This document shows, one piece after another, positions 8,892 through 20,706 of a stretch of DNA of 64,000 nt. Position numbers and translations under genes: made by a program. Location of the stretch: assembly GCA_018266735.1 (NCBI GenBank), contig JAFDZT010000004.1, positions 156,094-220,093 of the forward strand, given 5' to 3'. Within the stretch, counting starts at the first letter, position 1; every line of letters starts with the position of its first letter. The notes under the pieces were generated by a model. The model was not told where the DNA came from, ran no database searches, and saw nothing but the letters and a program-made list of their open reading frames with translations. Origin of the DNA: Bacteroidota bacterium. GTDB taxonomy: Bacteria; Bacteroidota; Ignavibacteria; Kapaibacteriales; Kapaibacteriaceae.

Positions 8892-10124
8892 ATGAAGAAG
8901 ATCTCCGTCAGCAACCCGGTCGTCGAACTTGATGGCGATGAAATGACGCGCATCATTTGGAAGTTCATCAAGGAAAAGCTGATCCTTCCCTATCTGGACG
9001 TCGACATCAAGTACTTCGATCTTGGCATGGAGCATCGCGACGCCACCGATGATCAGGTGACGATCGATGCAGCCGAGGCGATCAAGAAGTACAATGTGGG
9101 GATCAAGTGCGCCACGATCACGCCCGACGAAGCACGTGTGGAAGAGTTCGGTCTGAAGAAGATGTGGAAGTCGCCGAACGGAACCATCCGGAACATTCTT
9201 GACGGCACCGTGTTCCGCGAGCCGATCGTATGTGCGAACGTGCCACGTCTAGTACCCAACTGGACAGCACCGATCTGCATCGGCCGTCACGCCTTTGGCG
9301 ATCAGTATCGTGCGACGGACTTCGTCACGAAGGGCAAGGGCAAACTGACGATCACGTTCACACCAAGTGACGGCGGCGAGGTACAGTCGTTTGATGTGTA
9401 CGACTTCAAGGGCGATGGCGTGGCAATGGCCATGTACAACACCGATGAGTCCATCCGCGGCTTCGCTCGTGCGTGCATGAACCAGGCCGTGATGAAGAAG
9501 TGGCCCCTCTACCTGAGCACGAAGAACACCATCCTGAAGAAGTATGATGGTCGATTCAAGGACATCTTCCAAGAGACCTTCGACACGGAGTTCAAGTCGG
9601 CCTTCGATGCACTTGGCATCACGTATGAGCACCGCCTGATCGACGATATGGTGGCCTCGGCCCTGAAGTGGAACGGGAACTTCGTGTGGGCCTGCAAGAA
9701 CTACGATGGTGATGTGCAGAGCGATACCGTCGCCCAAGGCTTCGGTTCGTTGGGATTGATGACCTCAACGCTCATCACACCGGACGGAAAGACGATGGAG
9801 GCCGAGGCCGCACACGGCACGGTCACCCGTCACTATCGCGACCATCAGCAAGGCAAGCTAACATCGACGAATCCGATCGCATCGATCTTTGCGTGGACGC
9901 GTGGACTTGAATTCCGCGGCAAGCTCGATGGCAACCAAGAATTGATCACGTTCTGTCAGACCCTTGAAAAGGTCTGCGTCGATGTGGTCGAAAGCGGCCG
10001 GATGACGAAGGACCTTGCCGTGTGCATTCACGGCAACAAGGTGAACCACGGCGAACACTACCTGTACACCGAAGAATTCCTCGACGCCATCGACGCAGAT
10101 CTGCGGGTAGCGCTTATGCGTTGA
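8892..10124 (+). CDS. icd: NADP-dependent isocitrate dehydrogenase, eukaryotic-like subfamily II (~410 aa)
   Basis: [45 protein letters not shown] is a near-canonical IDH1/IDH2-type N-terminus, and the sequence is conserved throughout. Confidence 0.9.
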   Translation: MKKISVSNPVVELDGDEMTRIIWKFIKEKLILPYLDVDIKYFDLGMEHRDATDDQVTIDAAEAIKKYNVGIKCATITPDEARVEEFGLKKMWKSPNGTIRNILDGTVFREPIVCANVPRLVPNWTAPICIGRHAFGDQYRATDFVTKGKGKLTITFTPSDGGEVQSFDVYDFKGDGVAMAMYNTDESIRGFARACMNQAVMKKWPLYLSTKNTILKKYDGRFKDIFQETFDTEFKSAFDALGITYEHRLIDDMVASALKWNGNFVWACKNYDGDVQSDTVAQGFGSLGLMTSTLITPDGKTMEAEAAHGTVTRHYRDHQQGKLTSTNPIASIFAWTRGLEFRGKLDGNQELITFCQTLEKVCVDVVESGRMTKDLAVCIHGNKVNHGEHYLYTEEFLDAIDADLRVALMR

Positions 10125-12357
10125 TCCGATCCTTGAACCGCGCATAGAGATACGATGCGCCGAACAGGATCAGACCCAGCACGATGAAGGAAATGATGCG
10201 GAATGGCGTTTGCAGATTCGAGAGGTCGTAGAGAAAGACCTTGAGAACTGCAACGCCAAGAACGCCCATCCCTGTCAACCTCGCCACCTTCACACGCTTC
10301 ACAAAGCCGATCGCAACAACGATAGCGGCGTAGACGATCCATGCGCACGACAGGAGCAGTTGCATCCTGTCCATGAGATCACGCACGACCATGCTCTCCC
10401 ATCCATGCATATCGCTTGCCTCCGTGATGATCTTCCACTGCGGCGTGATGGTCTCCATGGTGGTGAGCAGGAACGTGATCAGCATGATACTCGGCCAGAT
10501 GACCATGGCATCGTTGAATCTACCGGTGGGTCGTGGCATCGTGAACCACAACAACAGTTGCATTGCCACGATGGAAATGCCGCTGACGACGCGCATGTTG
10601 AACAGACCGGTGTGGTCGACGGCGCTCGGCCACTGCAGACCCATGGACAGCCAACTCAGTACACCGATGGCCATACCCACGGTTGCATACATGTCGGCAT
10701 AGGCGAGATCACGTCGCCGTGTGAGCATCACCGTGATCCCCTGCATCAACGTCCAAAGAGAGATCGGCATCATCACCTGGATCCACCAGGGATACTGAGC
10801 ATTCTGAAGTGCGAGTTGCGCTTGCAACGTCAGTGCATAGGTGAGCACGGCGGGAGCAAGTTGTCGTAAGCTTGGACGCTGCTCCATCAGGAACCACATA
10901 TAGAGCGCGATGAGCACATAGTGCAGCATGGTCGTGTTCAGAACGACCATCACCCCGAGGGGCAAGTCGAGAACATACGATGGAGTGACGATGGAGAGGA
11001 GCTGGAGCCCCATGATGATGTCGGCCGCCAAACGCATTCCGGAGTACTGCATGCGCGCGCCAAGGATGGTTCCGAGTGCAGCGATCACGATGAGCGTCAG
11101 ATCTTGCAGGTTACTGTCGTACGAACACGTCCATGGTACCAGACATGCAACGGCGATGACCAAGATCCCAAGTCCGTGGGCGAGCGCCGATGTAGGTTCA
11201 CCGCGTCGAACCATGAGCCACGCCGCACTCACGATGAGAACAGGCACGAGGGCCACTCCCACGTCGCTCCACAACGCATAGTCGAAGGTCGTGGAGTTCA
11301 CCACCAAGCATAACAGCCAAAGAACGATCATCGTGGAGATCACCTTTGCGCGGTCGAAGATCTCGAGCGCTCTCCATCGGATCGCCACCAGTGCGCCTGC
11401 GAACAACAGGATGTCGGCGATGATGGAGAAGGCCGCCGCCGGTTGTTGATAACCGTCCGTCCCATATCCGCCGATGTTCCACACGATCCACCACAACAAC
11501 GTTGCACCAAGCGCAACGAAGTACAGCGAGAACCATTTGCGAAGTCCGTACACGGTTGCCAGCATCATCACGGCAATGAAGCCGAGATACGTGAAGAGTC
11601 CGCCCGTGTTCATCACCCCCGTTTGCAAGACCATGGGCGCACTGAAACCTACTAGGCCCGACATCATGGCAAGGAATAAGGAGGCATGGGCAAGACTGCG
11701 CCAGATCGCAACGGCGGCCAACAGCGCCATGCCCACATAGGCGACGTATGCCGGCACCAGATGATAGTACGTGAACGAGGCATAGACACTGAGTTAGCAT
11801 GTTGCAATGCCCGTGGCGATCACACCTTGCGCGAACACCGTCAGTCCCTTGCGCTCCAGTCGCGGTCCGACAGCGATCGCCGCGGCACCCACCACGAGTC
11901 CAACGATCACACGAACGGTCTCCGTGATCCATCCGTTATCGACGCCCCACTTGAACAGGAAGACAAGGCCAATGAGGGTGGCAAGGGCACCAAGGCGATT
12001 GAGCAACTTTCCACCGAAGAGCACTTCGAGGCTGTCGCCGGAAGAACGAAGAGGCACTTCGTGGGACACGGAGTGCGACACGGAGTGCGACACGGAGTGC
12101 GACACGGAGTGCGACACTTCGTGGGACACTTCGTGGGTCTCTTCCTCTTCAGTCTGTATTCTTGATCCTTGATCTATCGTTCCTTGATCAATCTTCCGAT
12201 CTTCCTCCCCCAAACCTTGCCGTGCCTGTTCGATGAACATTCGTTCAAGCAACATGAACCGTCGGCGCAGCTCACTCAATTGCAAGAACAGGATGAGGAC
12301 GGCCACACAGAGGATGAAGATGAACGCTGCTTGCATGGAGCCTCCACACTGGAACAA
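10114..12357 (-). pseudogene. DUF2339-family polytopic membrane protein interrupted by a single in-frame TAA (codon at 11794-11796)
   Basis: ORF 11794..12357 (N-terminal part, with KWGVDNGWITETVRVIVG DUF2339-like repeats) and ORF 10114..11757 are in the same frame. They are separated only by TAA plus 12 sense codons. The combined length of ~747 aa fits the family. Confidence 0.5.
12058..12141. repeat. Seven tandem 12-nt units (GGAGTGCGACAC x4 flanked by TTCGTGGGACAC variants) inside the DUF2339 N-terminal part
   Basis: Seen directly. On the minus strand they encode HEVSHEVSHSVSHSVSHSVSHSVSHEV. Confidence 0.8.
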
Positions 12358-12371
12358 GATGCCGAGAGTGA

Positions 12372-14540
12372 TTACCGACGAAGACGCAAACTATTCGTGA
12401 GCACCGACACAGAACTGAGTGCCATGGCGGCGGCGGCGATCGATGGATCGAGCAGTCCCAGTGCCGCGATCGGAATGCCGACCACATTATACACAAATGC
12501 CCAGAACAGGTTCTGTTTGATCGTACGAACGGTGCTGCGTGCAAGCAGCACGGCTTCGTGAACGCCATGCAGATCGTTGCGGAGGAGCGTGATGGCGGCA
12601 GCTTCGATGGCAACATCCGTACCCGTGCCCATGGCAATGCCCACGTCGGCCTGTGCCAAGGCCGGAGCATCGTTGATGCCATCGCCTACCATGGCCACGC
12701 GTGTTCCTGTTGCCTGCATAGCGGCGAGTACGGATGCTTTCTCGGTTGGACGGATGCGTGCACGCACATCGGTGATGCCGACCTGTGCCGCGATATGTTG
12801 AGCTGATGCTTCGCGATCACCCGAAAGCATCACCACGTGCAAGCCACGCTCGATGAGCACCCGTACTGCATCGGCCGCTGACGGACGGATCGTATCGGTG
12901 ATGAGCATGCGTCCCATTACCACTCCGTCGCATGCAATGAAGATCGTCGTCATGGCCGTAGATGCAGCATCATCGAGCACGAGTGCGCCGACGGCATGTT
13001 CTTCGTGCATGAGGGCTTCGTTGCCAATGCAGTAGCGACGTCCGTTCACCACGCCGATCACACCATAGCCGCTCCGTGCCTCGAACCCTTCCACCATGCC
13101 GCCATGCGACGCCTCGTGGGCTGCAGCGCTCACGATAGCGTGAGCGATGGGATGCTCGGACATGCGCTCGATGGCAACAACGGCGGCGAACACGTCGGCG
13201 GCCTCTTCGGTATTGACGCATTCGAAGCGATGCAGTGTGGGCTTGCCAACGGTGATGGTGCCCGTCTTATCGAAGACCACGGAGGAGATATGGGCGAGTT
13301 GCTCGAGGGCGTTGGCGTCCTTGACAAGAAAGCCGCGACGTGCGGCTGCCCCGGTCGCCACGATGATGGCGGTGGGGGTGGCAAGGCCCAAGGCGCACGG
13401 ACATGCGATGATCAACACAGCGATGGCATGCACCATGGCATCGCCAAGCATGCCGCTACCGAACACGAACCATGCGATGAACGTGATGATGCTTGCCGCA
13501 ACGACGGTCGGCACGAAGACGGATGCGATCCGATCGGCCAATGCCTGAATGGGTGCCTTCGAGCCTTGCGCCTCTTCGACGCTGCGGATGATCTGCGCCA
13601 ACACGGTGTTGGCACCAATGGCCGTTGCACGAATGTCGATGCTACCTGATGTGTTCATCGTGCCGCCGATCACGCGATCACCAACCGTGACATCCGTAGG
13701 GATCGGCTCGCCTGTGAGCATTGATTCATCGATCGAGGTCCGACCGGTCACCACGACACCATCGACGGCAATGCGCTCGCCGGGGCGGATGATGACGATG
13801 TCGCCAATGTCGACAGATGCAAGGTCCACTTCCACCTCGCCACCCTTCCGTCGCAGTCTCGCCGTAGTGGGCTGGAGATGCAGAAGTTCGCGGATGGAAT
13901 TGGTGGTGCTGCGCTTGGCACGTGCCTCGAGCACGCGGCCGAGAAGAATGAGAGCGATGATGGTGGCCGCGGTGTCGAAGTAGACATGGCCGCCGGATGC
14001 GGTGGGCGACATGATGACGACGATACTGCTGTAGAGAAAGGCCGTGCCCGTGCCGATGGCGACGAGCGTGTTCATGTCGAGGATGAGATGCCGCAGATTT
14101 CTCCACGTGCTCACAAAGAACCGACGTCCGCCGATCACCATCACGATGGCTGTTGCGATCATCAGGATGATGTTGACGATCGTGCTCGCACCATGCATGG
14201 TGACCATGCCTACGACCATGATCGGAACTGCAAGAACAACACTCGTGGTGCACTCCCGCACCAGCGTTGCGTAGGATGCCTCACGCCGTTGTTCGTGTTC
14301 GCGTTCGCTCGAGTCGTTTGACATCGCCACCAGAGCATACCCCGCCTCTGCTGTGGCCTTGGCGAGTTCGTCGAGCGACGTGGTGGAGGGATCGTATCGC
14401 ACCAGCGCTTTTTCATTGGCGAGGTTGACCGTGGCGGTCTCGACGCCGGGGACAGCTTGGAGCGCACGTTCAACGCGCAGAACGCAGCTTGCGCACGACA
14501 TACCTTCGATCGCGACCGTTACCGTCGTGGACGTACTCAT
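12372..14540 (-). CDS. copA: Copper-translocating P1B-type ATPase
   Basis: An N-terminal HMA domain has GMSCASC. The TM CPC motif is present ([13 protein letters not shown]), with DKTGT (VFDKTGTIT) and a GDGINDAP hinge. Confidence 0.9.
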   Translation of the reverse strand: MSTSTTVTVAIEGMSCASCVLRVERALQAVPGVETATVNLANEKALVRYDPSTTSLDELAKATAEAGYALVAMSNDSSEREHEQRREASYATLVRECTTSVVLAVPIMVVGMVTMHGASTIVNIILMIATAIVMVIGGRRFFVSTWRNLRHLILDMNTLVAIGTGTAFLYSSIVVIMSPTASGGHVYFDTAATIIALILLGRVLEARAKRSTTNSIRELLHLQPTTARLRRKGGEVEVDLASVDIGDIVIIRPGERIAVDGVVVTGRTSIDESMLTGEPIPTDVTVGDRVIGGTMNTSGSIDIRATAIGANTVLAQIIRSVEEAQGSKAPIQALADRIASVFVPTVVAASIITFIAWFVFGSGMLGDAMVHAIAVLIIACPCALGLATPTAIIVATGAAARRGFLVKDANALEQLAHISSVVFDKTGTITVGKPTLHRFECVNTEEAADVFAAVVAIERMSEHPIAHAIVSAAAHEASHGGMVEGFEARSGYGVIGVVNGRRYCIGNEALMHEEHAVGALVLDDAASTAMTTIFIACDGVVMGRMLITDTIRPSAADAVRVLIERGLHVVMLSGDREASAQHIAAQVGITDVRARIRPTEKASVLAAMQATGTRVAMVGDGINDAPALAQADVGIAMGTGTDVAIEAAAITLLRNDLHGVHEAVLLARSTVRTIKQNLFWAFVYNVVGIPIAALGLLDPSIAAAAMALSSVSVLTNSLRLRR

Positions 14541-14560
14541 GTCGCAAACCTACGGAACCG

Positions 14561-16009
14561 TTACGAACGATGTCCTCGGAGTCCAATGGTCACTGCCACC
14601 AAGGAGTCCTGCTGATCGAGTGTCGTTCCTTGACACCACGCACGGAATTCCTGTGTGAGGGATGAACGAGCACTGGCGCTGCTCGCTTTGACCAATGCGC
14701 GACCGTATCGTAGAAATCGCGTCAGCAGTTGACTATCCAACCCTGCGGAGCGGATCCAGCGCTCGAAGGAACGAAGAGCGTAGGGAAGCATATCGAAGTG
14801 TTGCTCGAGCACGAACAGAAGGATCTCCTGCATACGAACGCTCACCTTCGTGAACGACTCGGCGTGTTCCTCATTCATCGCATCGTCGATCAGTGATCGC
14901 GCTGTTCGCAGGTCACCAGTTTCAAGGGCAACGGCGATCCGAATACACCGTGCGGACTGACGGATGAAGATCCCGCGTTGACGGTAGTTGACAGAAATGC
15001 TGATGCTCTCATCAGCCAACGCCCCTGCCGTTTGGAGATCGCCCGAATAGAGGGCCAAGTACATCCATCCACGAGACGTATTGAAGTACACCTCCTCTTC
15101 CATGTACTCTGAGCGAGGCTTCAGTGCATCATACTCTGCCAGCGTTTCCCGAAACGCTTCCATATCCCCCAACCATAGTTGCACGACGAGGAGGTTGCCG
15201 ATGATCGTGGCAGAATTCGCCTCATACGGGAACGATGGCTGTTGTTTGGCAAGCTGCAGCAAGAGCTTCCCTTCGTTGTAGCCACGCTCCACGTCTCCCA
15301 GAACATGAAGCAACATCTGTCGGTTGTTGTGATAGATGAATCGATGATGATACTCCTCGTGCTCTGCATCGTCGGCATGGAGCGGGTGTGCCAGGAGCTG
15401 CGTTGCGAGCTCTCGTGCCTTCTCCCCCTGCAGTTGCGTGGTCTCAAGCGCGTGACGTGCAAGGATGTTCAACTCGGTGAAGAGACCACCTCGCGCAAAG
15501 GCATGCGTTCGAAGTTCAAGCATGGCGCGTATGGAGGACTCCGTCACGGTGGTCGTGCTTCGTTTTGTCAACGACACGAGAATGCCATAGATCTCGGCCT
15601 CGAGTCCATAGAGCATCGCATCCTTGCACAGGAGGAGTGCCTGTTCCAAGCGCTCTCGCGCCGCCTCGACGAGATTCTTGTCGGCCAGCACTCCGGACTC
15701 TTCCATAAGGCTCATCACCTGCGAACGCCGTGATGATTGCACATGATACGTGCGAAGGTGGCGCACGATCATGTCGTAGAGATTGCGTTTGATCTGTGAG
15801 AAATGATGGGATGCGTTGTATTCCTCGGCCACGTCCTTGAGAAGCGGGTCCTGCGCGGAAGTGGCCTTGGCCAAGGCATCGTACAGTGCCATCGAAACCG
15901 CAGGCTTCCGCCCAAGCGAGGCAGAGAGGGCCTTACGGACATAGCCGCGTTCGTGCGCATCCATGCTTGTATAGAGATCGAACAGATGTGGCGAGGGTGG
16001 GCGTGCCAT
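14561..16009 (-). CDS. Hypothetical all-helical (TPR-like?) protein, 482 aa
   Basis: There is a long ORF with good codon usage and no recognisable catalytic motif. Its composition is helical-repeat-like. Confidence 0.45.
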   Translation of the reverse strand: MARPPSPHLFDLYTSMDAHERGYVRKALSASLGRKPAVSMALYDALAKATSAQDPLLKDVAEEYNASHHFSQIKRNLYDMIVRHLRTYHVQSSRRSQVMSLMEESGVLADKNLVEAARERLEQALLLCKDAMLYGLEAEIYGILVSLTKRSTTTVTESSIRAMLELRTHAFARGGLFTELNILARHALETTQLQGEKARELATQLLAHPLHADDAEHEEYHHRFIYHNNRQMLLHVLGDVERGYNEGKLLLQLAKQQPSFPYEANSATIIGNLLVVQLWLGDMEAFRETLAEYDALKPRSEYMEEEVYFNTSRGWMYLALYSGDLQTAGALADESISISVNYRQRGIFIRQSARCIRIAVALETGDLRTARSLIDDAMNEEHAESFTKVSVRMQEILLFVLEQHFDMLPYALRSFERWIRSAGLDSQLLTRFLRYGRALVKASSASARSSLTQEFRAWCQGTTLDQQDSLVAVTIGLRGHRS

Positions 16010-16129
16010 AGGTCTTCGAAACTAGAGGAACGAGGGAATTGTGGTCAAACGAAGTGGTAACAAGATCAGGAACTTGCACTCTTGTTACACTGTTGACTCA
16101 CACGATTTCAGTCTTTCTTCGAGGTTACC

Positions 16130-18223
16130 ATGCTCTTGTCCTTTGTTCGACGACCATTCCTGTTGGCAATGTTCGTCCTTGCGTGTGCAATGCAACTCAC
16201 TGCAGAACAGCAGTACATCAACGGATTCTACAGATCGCACACGGAAACCGCGATAACCGTCCTGGAGAATGACCCGTTGAATCGGGTCGCTGTCCGGCGA
16301 ACATACAACTATGATGCTTCAGTGCGTATCGATGGATGTTCGCTTGCCGAGGTCCAACCCGGCACGACAATGAATGCCGTCTTCGATACCGAGACGAAGC
16401 TCCTCACCACCGTGCAGTTCGATCGGTGCTCGCAACGCGTAGATGTGCATGGCGAGGTGGTCTCCAACAGCGGGACGTCGTTCTCGTTGCGGAACAGGTC
16501 ATACGATAGTCCGTTCAGTATTGGTCAGGAGATCACCATCACGACAACACCGCAGACCTTCGTCTCGTCGTGCCTTGGAATCACGATCGACATAAGCGCA
16601 CTCACGCCGGGCACAGTGGTATCGGCCACAGGATTTCGTTCCGGATCTGCGTCGATCGAGGCGATCAGCGCCTTCGGACAGGTAGGCTGCCCAACAGACG
16701 TATCGTCGTTCGGCACGTTCATTGCCCTGTCGGATACTTCGGTCACGTTGGATGTTGTCGCACTTGGTCGTGTCGAGTTCATGTTCCGTTCCCGCCTCGG
16801 TGGCCCTTTGGATGTGGACACAACGGCCTTTCCTCTCTTTGCATGTTGGACCGAGCCGGTTGCATGGTCTTCGTTAACAGAGGCCGACACGCTGATCGTA
16901 CAAGGTCAGGTGTATCCAGATGGCACCGGTACACTGGGCATGCTCGTTCCCACCCGCAACTGTCCTCCCGGCATCAGCATCGCCATCGGATTCAATGGCT
17001 ATGCCGTGGTCAGTGGACGCATTTCAGCGATCTCCGACACGGCAGTACAAGTGCAAGGTATACTAGGTGGCAGCATCACCCTTGGCACTCGCACCGCTTC
17101 CAGCGCCGAGCCCACGCTCTATTATTCGTGCATCGGAACACCGATCACACGAGAGGACTTCTCCACTGGAGACAGCGTCTACGTGATCTTTGCAAACGAA
17201 GAGAAGGATCAGGCGATCCGGCAATTGATCAAGCTCAGCGACTGCCAGCAACAGGTAATGTTGCGTGGTACCATTGAGACCGTATCGGATTCCGCGTGGG
17301 TCCTCCTCTCCGAGCTTGGCAATGAGGTCCGTCTTGCGATCGACACCAATTCTGTCGTGTACGATTGCTTTGGAGCGAACGTCAAGGCAAACGACGCTCG
17401 ACTCCAGGGATATACTGTGTACGCGAACGCCTATTATACCGTAGGAGACATCGCACTGCTGAGCAATGCGTCGATCGACGGCACCTGCGGCTCATTTGAG
17501 TCCATCAGTGGACGTGTGACATTCATCGATGCAGACTCCATCAGCATCGAAACGGAAGAAGGTGTCCGTACTGTGCAACGTCCCGCTCAGGTCTATGTCT
17601 ATTCTGTCGAGAACGGCTATGGTGATTGGGCCGACATCAAAGCTGGAGAAGCGATCTGCGCGACGGTCTCCGAAGGCCTGTTCAACGTTTCGACCATGTA
17701 CATCTTCAACGGATATACATGCGATGGAAGGCCGACCTCAGAACTGGTCTCGACGAAGGGTATCGTACGAGCAGTGACGGAGGGACATCTAGAGGTCGAG
17801 TCCAACGGTGTTCTTATCCGCTTCAAGGTCACAACGACGACACAGGTCTCCGGAGCATATTCCTACCGTACACTCACGCCCGGAACTCGTGTAGATGTCT
17901 CATCAATGCTTGCCGAGGCAAGTATTGAACCGACGGCGATGTCCGTTGCCGTACTGCGCAACACAACAACGAGCGTCAAGGAGGTCAAGACACCGGCGGC
18001 AACGGCACTCCTGGTACCCAACCCGGCCAGCGATGTCCTCCGTGCAACATCGATCGAACGCGTACGATCGATCCAGATCGCTTCGTTGGACGGTACCATC
18101 GTTGCCTCCGAGCAAGGCTCACAAACCATCTCCGTGGCCTCGCTTGCCAGTGGACCCTACATCGCCATCATTCACGACATGAATGGCACCGTACGCACAC
18201 AACTGCTGCAAGTGCTGCACTAA
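16130..18223 (+). CDS. Secreted protein of unknown function with a T9SS C-terminal sorting domain
   Basis: Signal peptide (MLLSFVRRPFLLAMFVLACAMQLTAEQQ) and a C-terminal Por_Secre_tail-like segment (LLVPNPASDVLRAT...GPYIAIIHDMNGTVRTQLLQV). Confidence 0.6.
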   Translation: MLLSFVRRPFLLAMFVLACAMQLTAEQQYINGFYRSHTETAITVLENDPLNRVAVRRTYNYDASVRIDGCSLAEVQPGTTMNAVFDTETKLLTTVQFDRCSQRVDVHGEVVSNSGTSFSLRNRSYDSPFSIGQEITITTTPQTFVSSCLGITIDISALTPGTVVSATGFRSGSASIEAISAFGQVGCPTDVSSFGTFIALSDTSVTLDVVALGRVEFMFRSRLGGPLDVDTTAFPLFACWTEPVAWSSLTEADTLIVQGQVYPDGTGTLGMLVPTRNCPPGISIAIGFNGYAVVSGRISAISDTAVQVQGILGGSITLGTRTASSAEPTLYYSCIGTPITREDFSTGDSVYVIFANEEKDQAIRQLIKLSDCQQQVMLRGTIETVSDSAWVLLSELGNEVRLAIDTNSVVYDCFGANVKANDARLQGYTVYANAYYTVGDIALLSNASIDGTCGSFESISGRVTFIDADSISIETEEGVRTVQRPAQVYVYSVENGYGDWADIKAGEAICATVSEGLFNVSTMYIFNGYTCDGRPTSELVSTKGIVRAVTEGHLEVESNGVLIRFKVTTTTQVSGAYSYRTLTPGTRVDVSSMLAEASIEPTAMSVAVLRNTTTSVKEVKTPAATALLVPNPASDVLRATSIERVRSIQIASLDGTIVASEQGSQTISVASLASGPYIAIIHDMNGTVRTQLLQVLH

Positions 18224-18295
18224 GCTCCCCCTCCTCCCCCGTTGAAGCAACTTCGCCTCGATCGCACCTGCGGTCGGGGCGTTGTTGTTTGAAGG

Positions 18296-18874
<579 letters not shown>

Positions 18875-18961
18875 GAGTTCTTCTGTCTCTCACCGAATGT
18901 GAAACGCGTGAGGTAATTTACACCGAATTGCTTCCATCACGAGAACGTCCGTCACCACCCC

Positions 18962-19663
18962 ATGATCCTCCGCCGTTGTTGTTGCTTGCTGTTCTTGGTT
19001 CCCTTGCTGCTTCGTGCAGGCACAACACCCATTCCGATCCATTTCGAGCACGTGGTCGGAGAGCGTCCGCTGCGATTCGATACGACGATGTATCAGAATG
19101 AACAGCACCAGCCATATGCGATCAGCATGGTACGCTACTATGTGAGCGCCATTCGACTTCATTGCGAGGGCAATGAGGATGTGACCTCGGAAAAGTTCTT
19201 CCTTGTGGATGCCTCCGATAGTACGACCACCACCATCACGCTGCCTCGCGTACCGATCGGAACGTATCGTTCGATCTCGTTCACCATTGGCGTGGATAGC
19301 GCGCATAACTGCAGTGGACCGCAAGAGGGGGTCCTTGATCCCATCCGCGGCATGTTCTGGGCGTGGAACACAGGATACATCTTCATGAAGGTGGAAGGGA
19401 CGTCGCCTGTGTCACCGTCACCCGGACATCTTGTAGAGGTGCACATTGGTGGATTCCGGCAGCCCTACAACAATATTGCCCGCATTGAACTGCCAATCGT
19501 TGAAGATCCCGTGCGGGGCATCTACGTCCGCGTCGACGTCGGCGCCATCCTCCAAACGCTTGACCTTTCGTCGGTATCCTCGATCACAACGCCTGCAGCG
19601 GCCGCCCCGATCACGGCACTGTACCCAAGGGTCTTTCACATCATTCGTTCGACGGAGCGATGA
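18962..19663 (+). CDS. Putative MbnP-family periplasmic copper-binding protein (partner of MbnH)
   Basis: A 233-aa secreted protein sits immediately upstream of a di-haem peroxidase and overlaps it by 4 nt (ATGA). This is the arrangement typical of MbnP/MbnH pairs. A Trp-rich segment is present (GMFWAWNTGYIFMKVEG). The family assignment is from memory of RefSeq naming and is not verified. Confidence 0.45.
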   Translation: MILRRCCCLLFLVPLLLRAGTTPIPIHFEHVVGERPLRFDTTMYQNEQHQPYAISMVRYYVSAIRLHCEGNEDVTSEKFFLVDASDSTTTTITLPRVPIGTYRSISFTIGVDSAHNCSGPQEGVLDPIRGMFWAWNTGYIFMKVEGTSPVSPSPGHLVEVHIGGFRQPYNNIARIELPIVEDPVRGIYVRVDVGAILQTLDLSSVSSITTPAAAAPITALYPRVFHIIRSTER

Positions 19664-20703
19664 TGTCCCCTCGCATCCTTGCCGCCCTCCTTGTGGTCTC
19701 TCTGATCGCCTATGCGACCTCAGAGGAGAATCCAACCATGCGGATCGAAGCACGCGATGTGGTGCCGACGCTTCCAAAGCGATTTGGGAAGCCGGTGTAT
19801 GATCTTCGATCATCGCGGATCTCGGTCGACGGATTCCTCCTTGGTCGGGAATTGTTCTACGATCAGATCCTCTCGCGCGACAGTTCAACGAGCTGCGGTT
19901 CATGTCACCAGCACTTCGCAGCATTTGGACATGTGGACCATACTCTGAGTCATGGCATCGATGGGCGGATCGGCAAACGGAACGTGCCGGCCATTCAGAA
20001 CGAGATCTGGAGTTCGACCTTCATGTGGGATGGTGGTGTGACGCACATGGACCTGCAGCCCATTGCACCGATCACCGATACGTCGGAAATGGGAGAAACG
20101 CTCGACAGGGTGATCAAGAAACTCTCGGCGAGCACGAAGTATCGACGGATGTTCCGTTCCGCCTTTCGCACCGAGACCATCACCACGTACCACATGCTCA
20201 AAGCACTATCGCAATTCATTGCCCTAATGGTCTCGGCAGATGCTCGGTACGATCGGATGATGGAACACCGCGACGTCTATACGGATCAGGAGCAGCGCGG
20301 CCTGTTGGCATTTCGTGCTCGCTGCGCCGCTTGTCATCGCGAGCCGCTGTTCACGGACGGATCGTATCGGAACAATGGCATCGGTATGGATACAGCTCTC
20401 CGTGATGTTGGACGATTCGCCATCACAGCCGATCCTGCCGACTCGCTGAAGTTCAAAGTTCCGTCACTCCGCAACGTCGATCGCACCTATCCCTACATGC
20501 ATGATGGGAGATTTCGCACACTTCGCGCCGTGCTCGATCACTATGGCAGAGGAACGTTCTTCGGTCGCTCGCCCGACCCGGCACTGAAGAGCACGGTTGG
20601 AATGAAAGAACATGAGAAGAAGGACATACTGGCCTTTCTGCTCACGCTCACCGATTCGACGTTTCTGCACGACCGCCGTTTTGTCGATCCAAACATCAGG
20701 TAG
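19660..20703 (+). CDS. Di-haem cytochrome c peroxidase (MauG/MbnH-like)
   Basis: Signal peptide and two CxxCH haem motifs (SCGSCHQHF; RCAACHREP). Size (347 aa) and architecture match bacterial CCP/MauG/MbnH. Confidence 0.7.
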   Translation: MMSPRILAALLVVSLIAYATSEENPTMRIEARDVVPTLPKRFGKPVYDLRSSRISVDGFLLGRELFYDQILSRDSSTSCGSCHQHFAAFGHVDHTLSHGIDGRIGKRNVPAIQNEIWSSTFMWDGGVTHMDLQPIAPITDTSEMGETLDRVIKKLSASTKYRRMFRSAFRTETITTYHMLKALSQFIALMVSADARYDRMMEHRDVYTDQEQRGLLAFRARCAACHREPLFTDGSYRNNGIGMDTALRDVGRFAITADPADSLKFKVPSLRNVDRTYPYMHDGRFRTLRAVLDHYGRGTFFGRSPDPALKSTVGMKEHEKKDILAFLLTLTDSTFLHDRRFVDPNIR

Positions 20704-20706
20704 CGT

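Noticed and set aside
13726-14253. Multiple 130-220-aa ORFs on both strands within the copA region (e.g. 12996..13649, 13726..14253, 13878..14321)
   Set aside because: They overlap the copA CDS, which has every P1B-ATPase motif. Their Arg/His/Pro-rich translations are typical GC-artefacts.
18224-18295. Terminator between the converging T9SS cargo gene and the TMEM175 gene
   Set aside because: Only a weak, imperfect stem (cgcctcgatcgcacctgcggtcggggcg) before ttgttgttt is present; it is too irregular to call.
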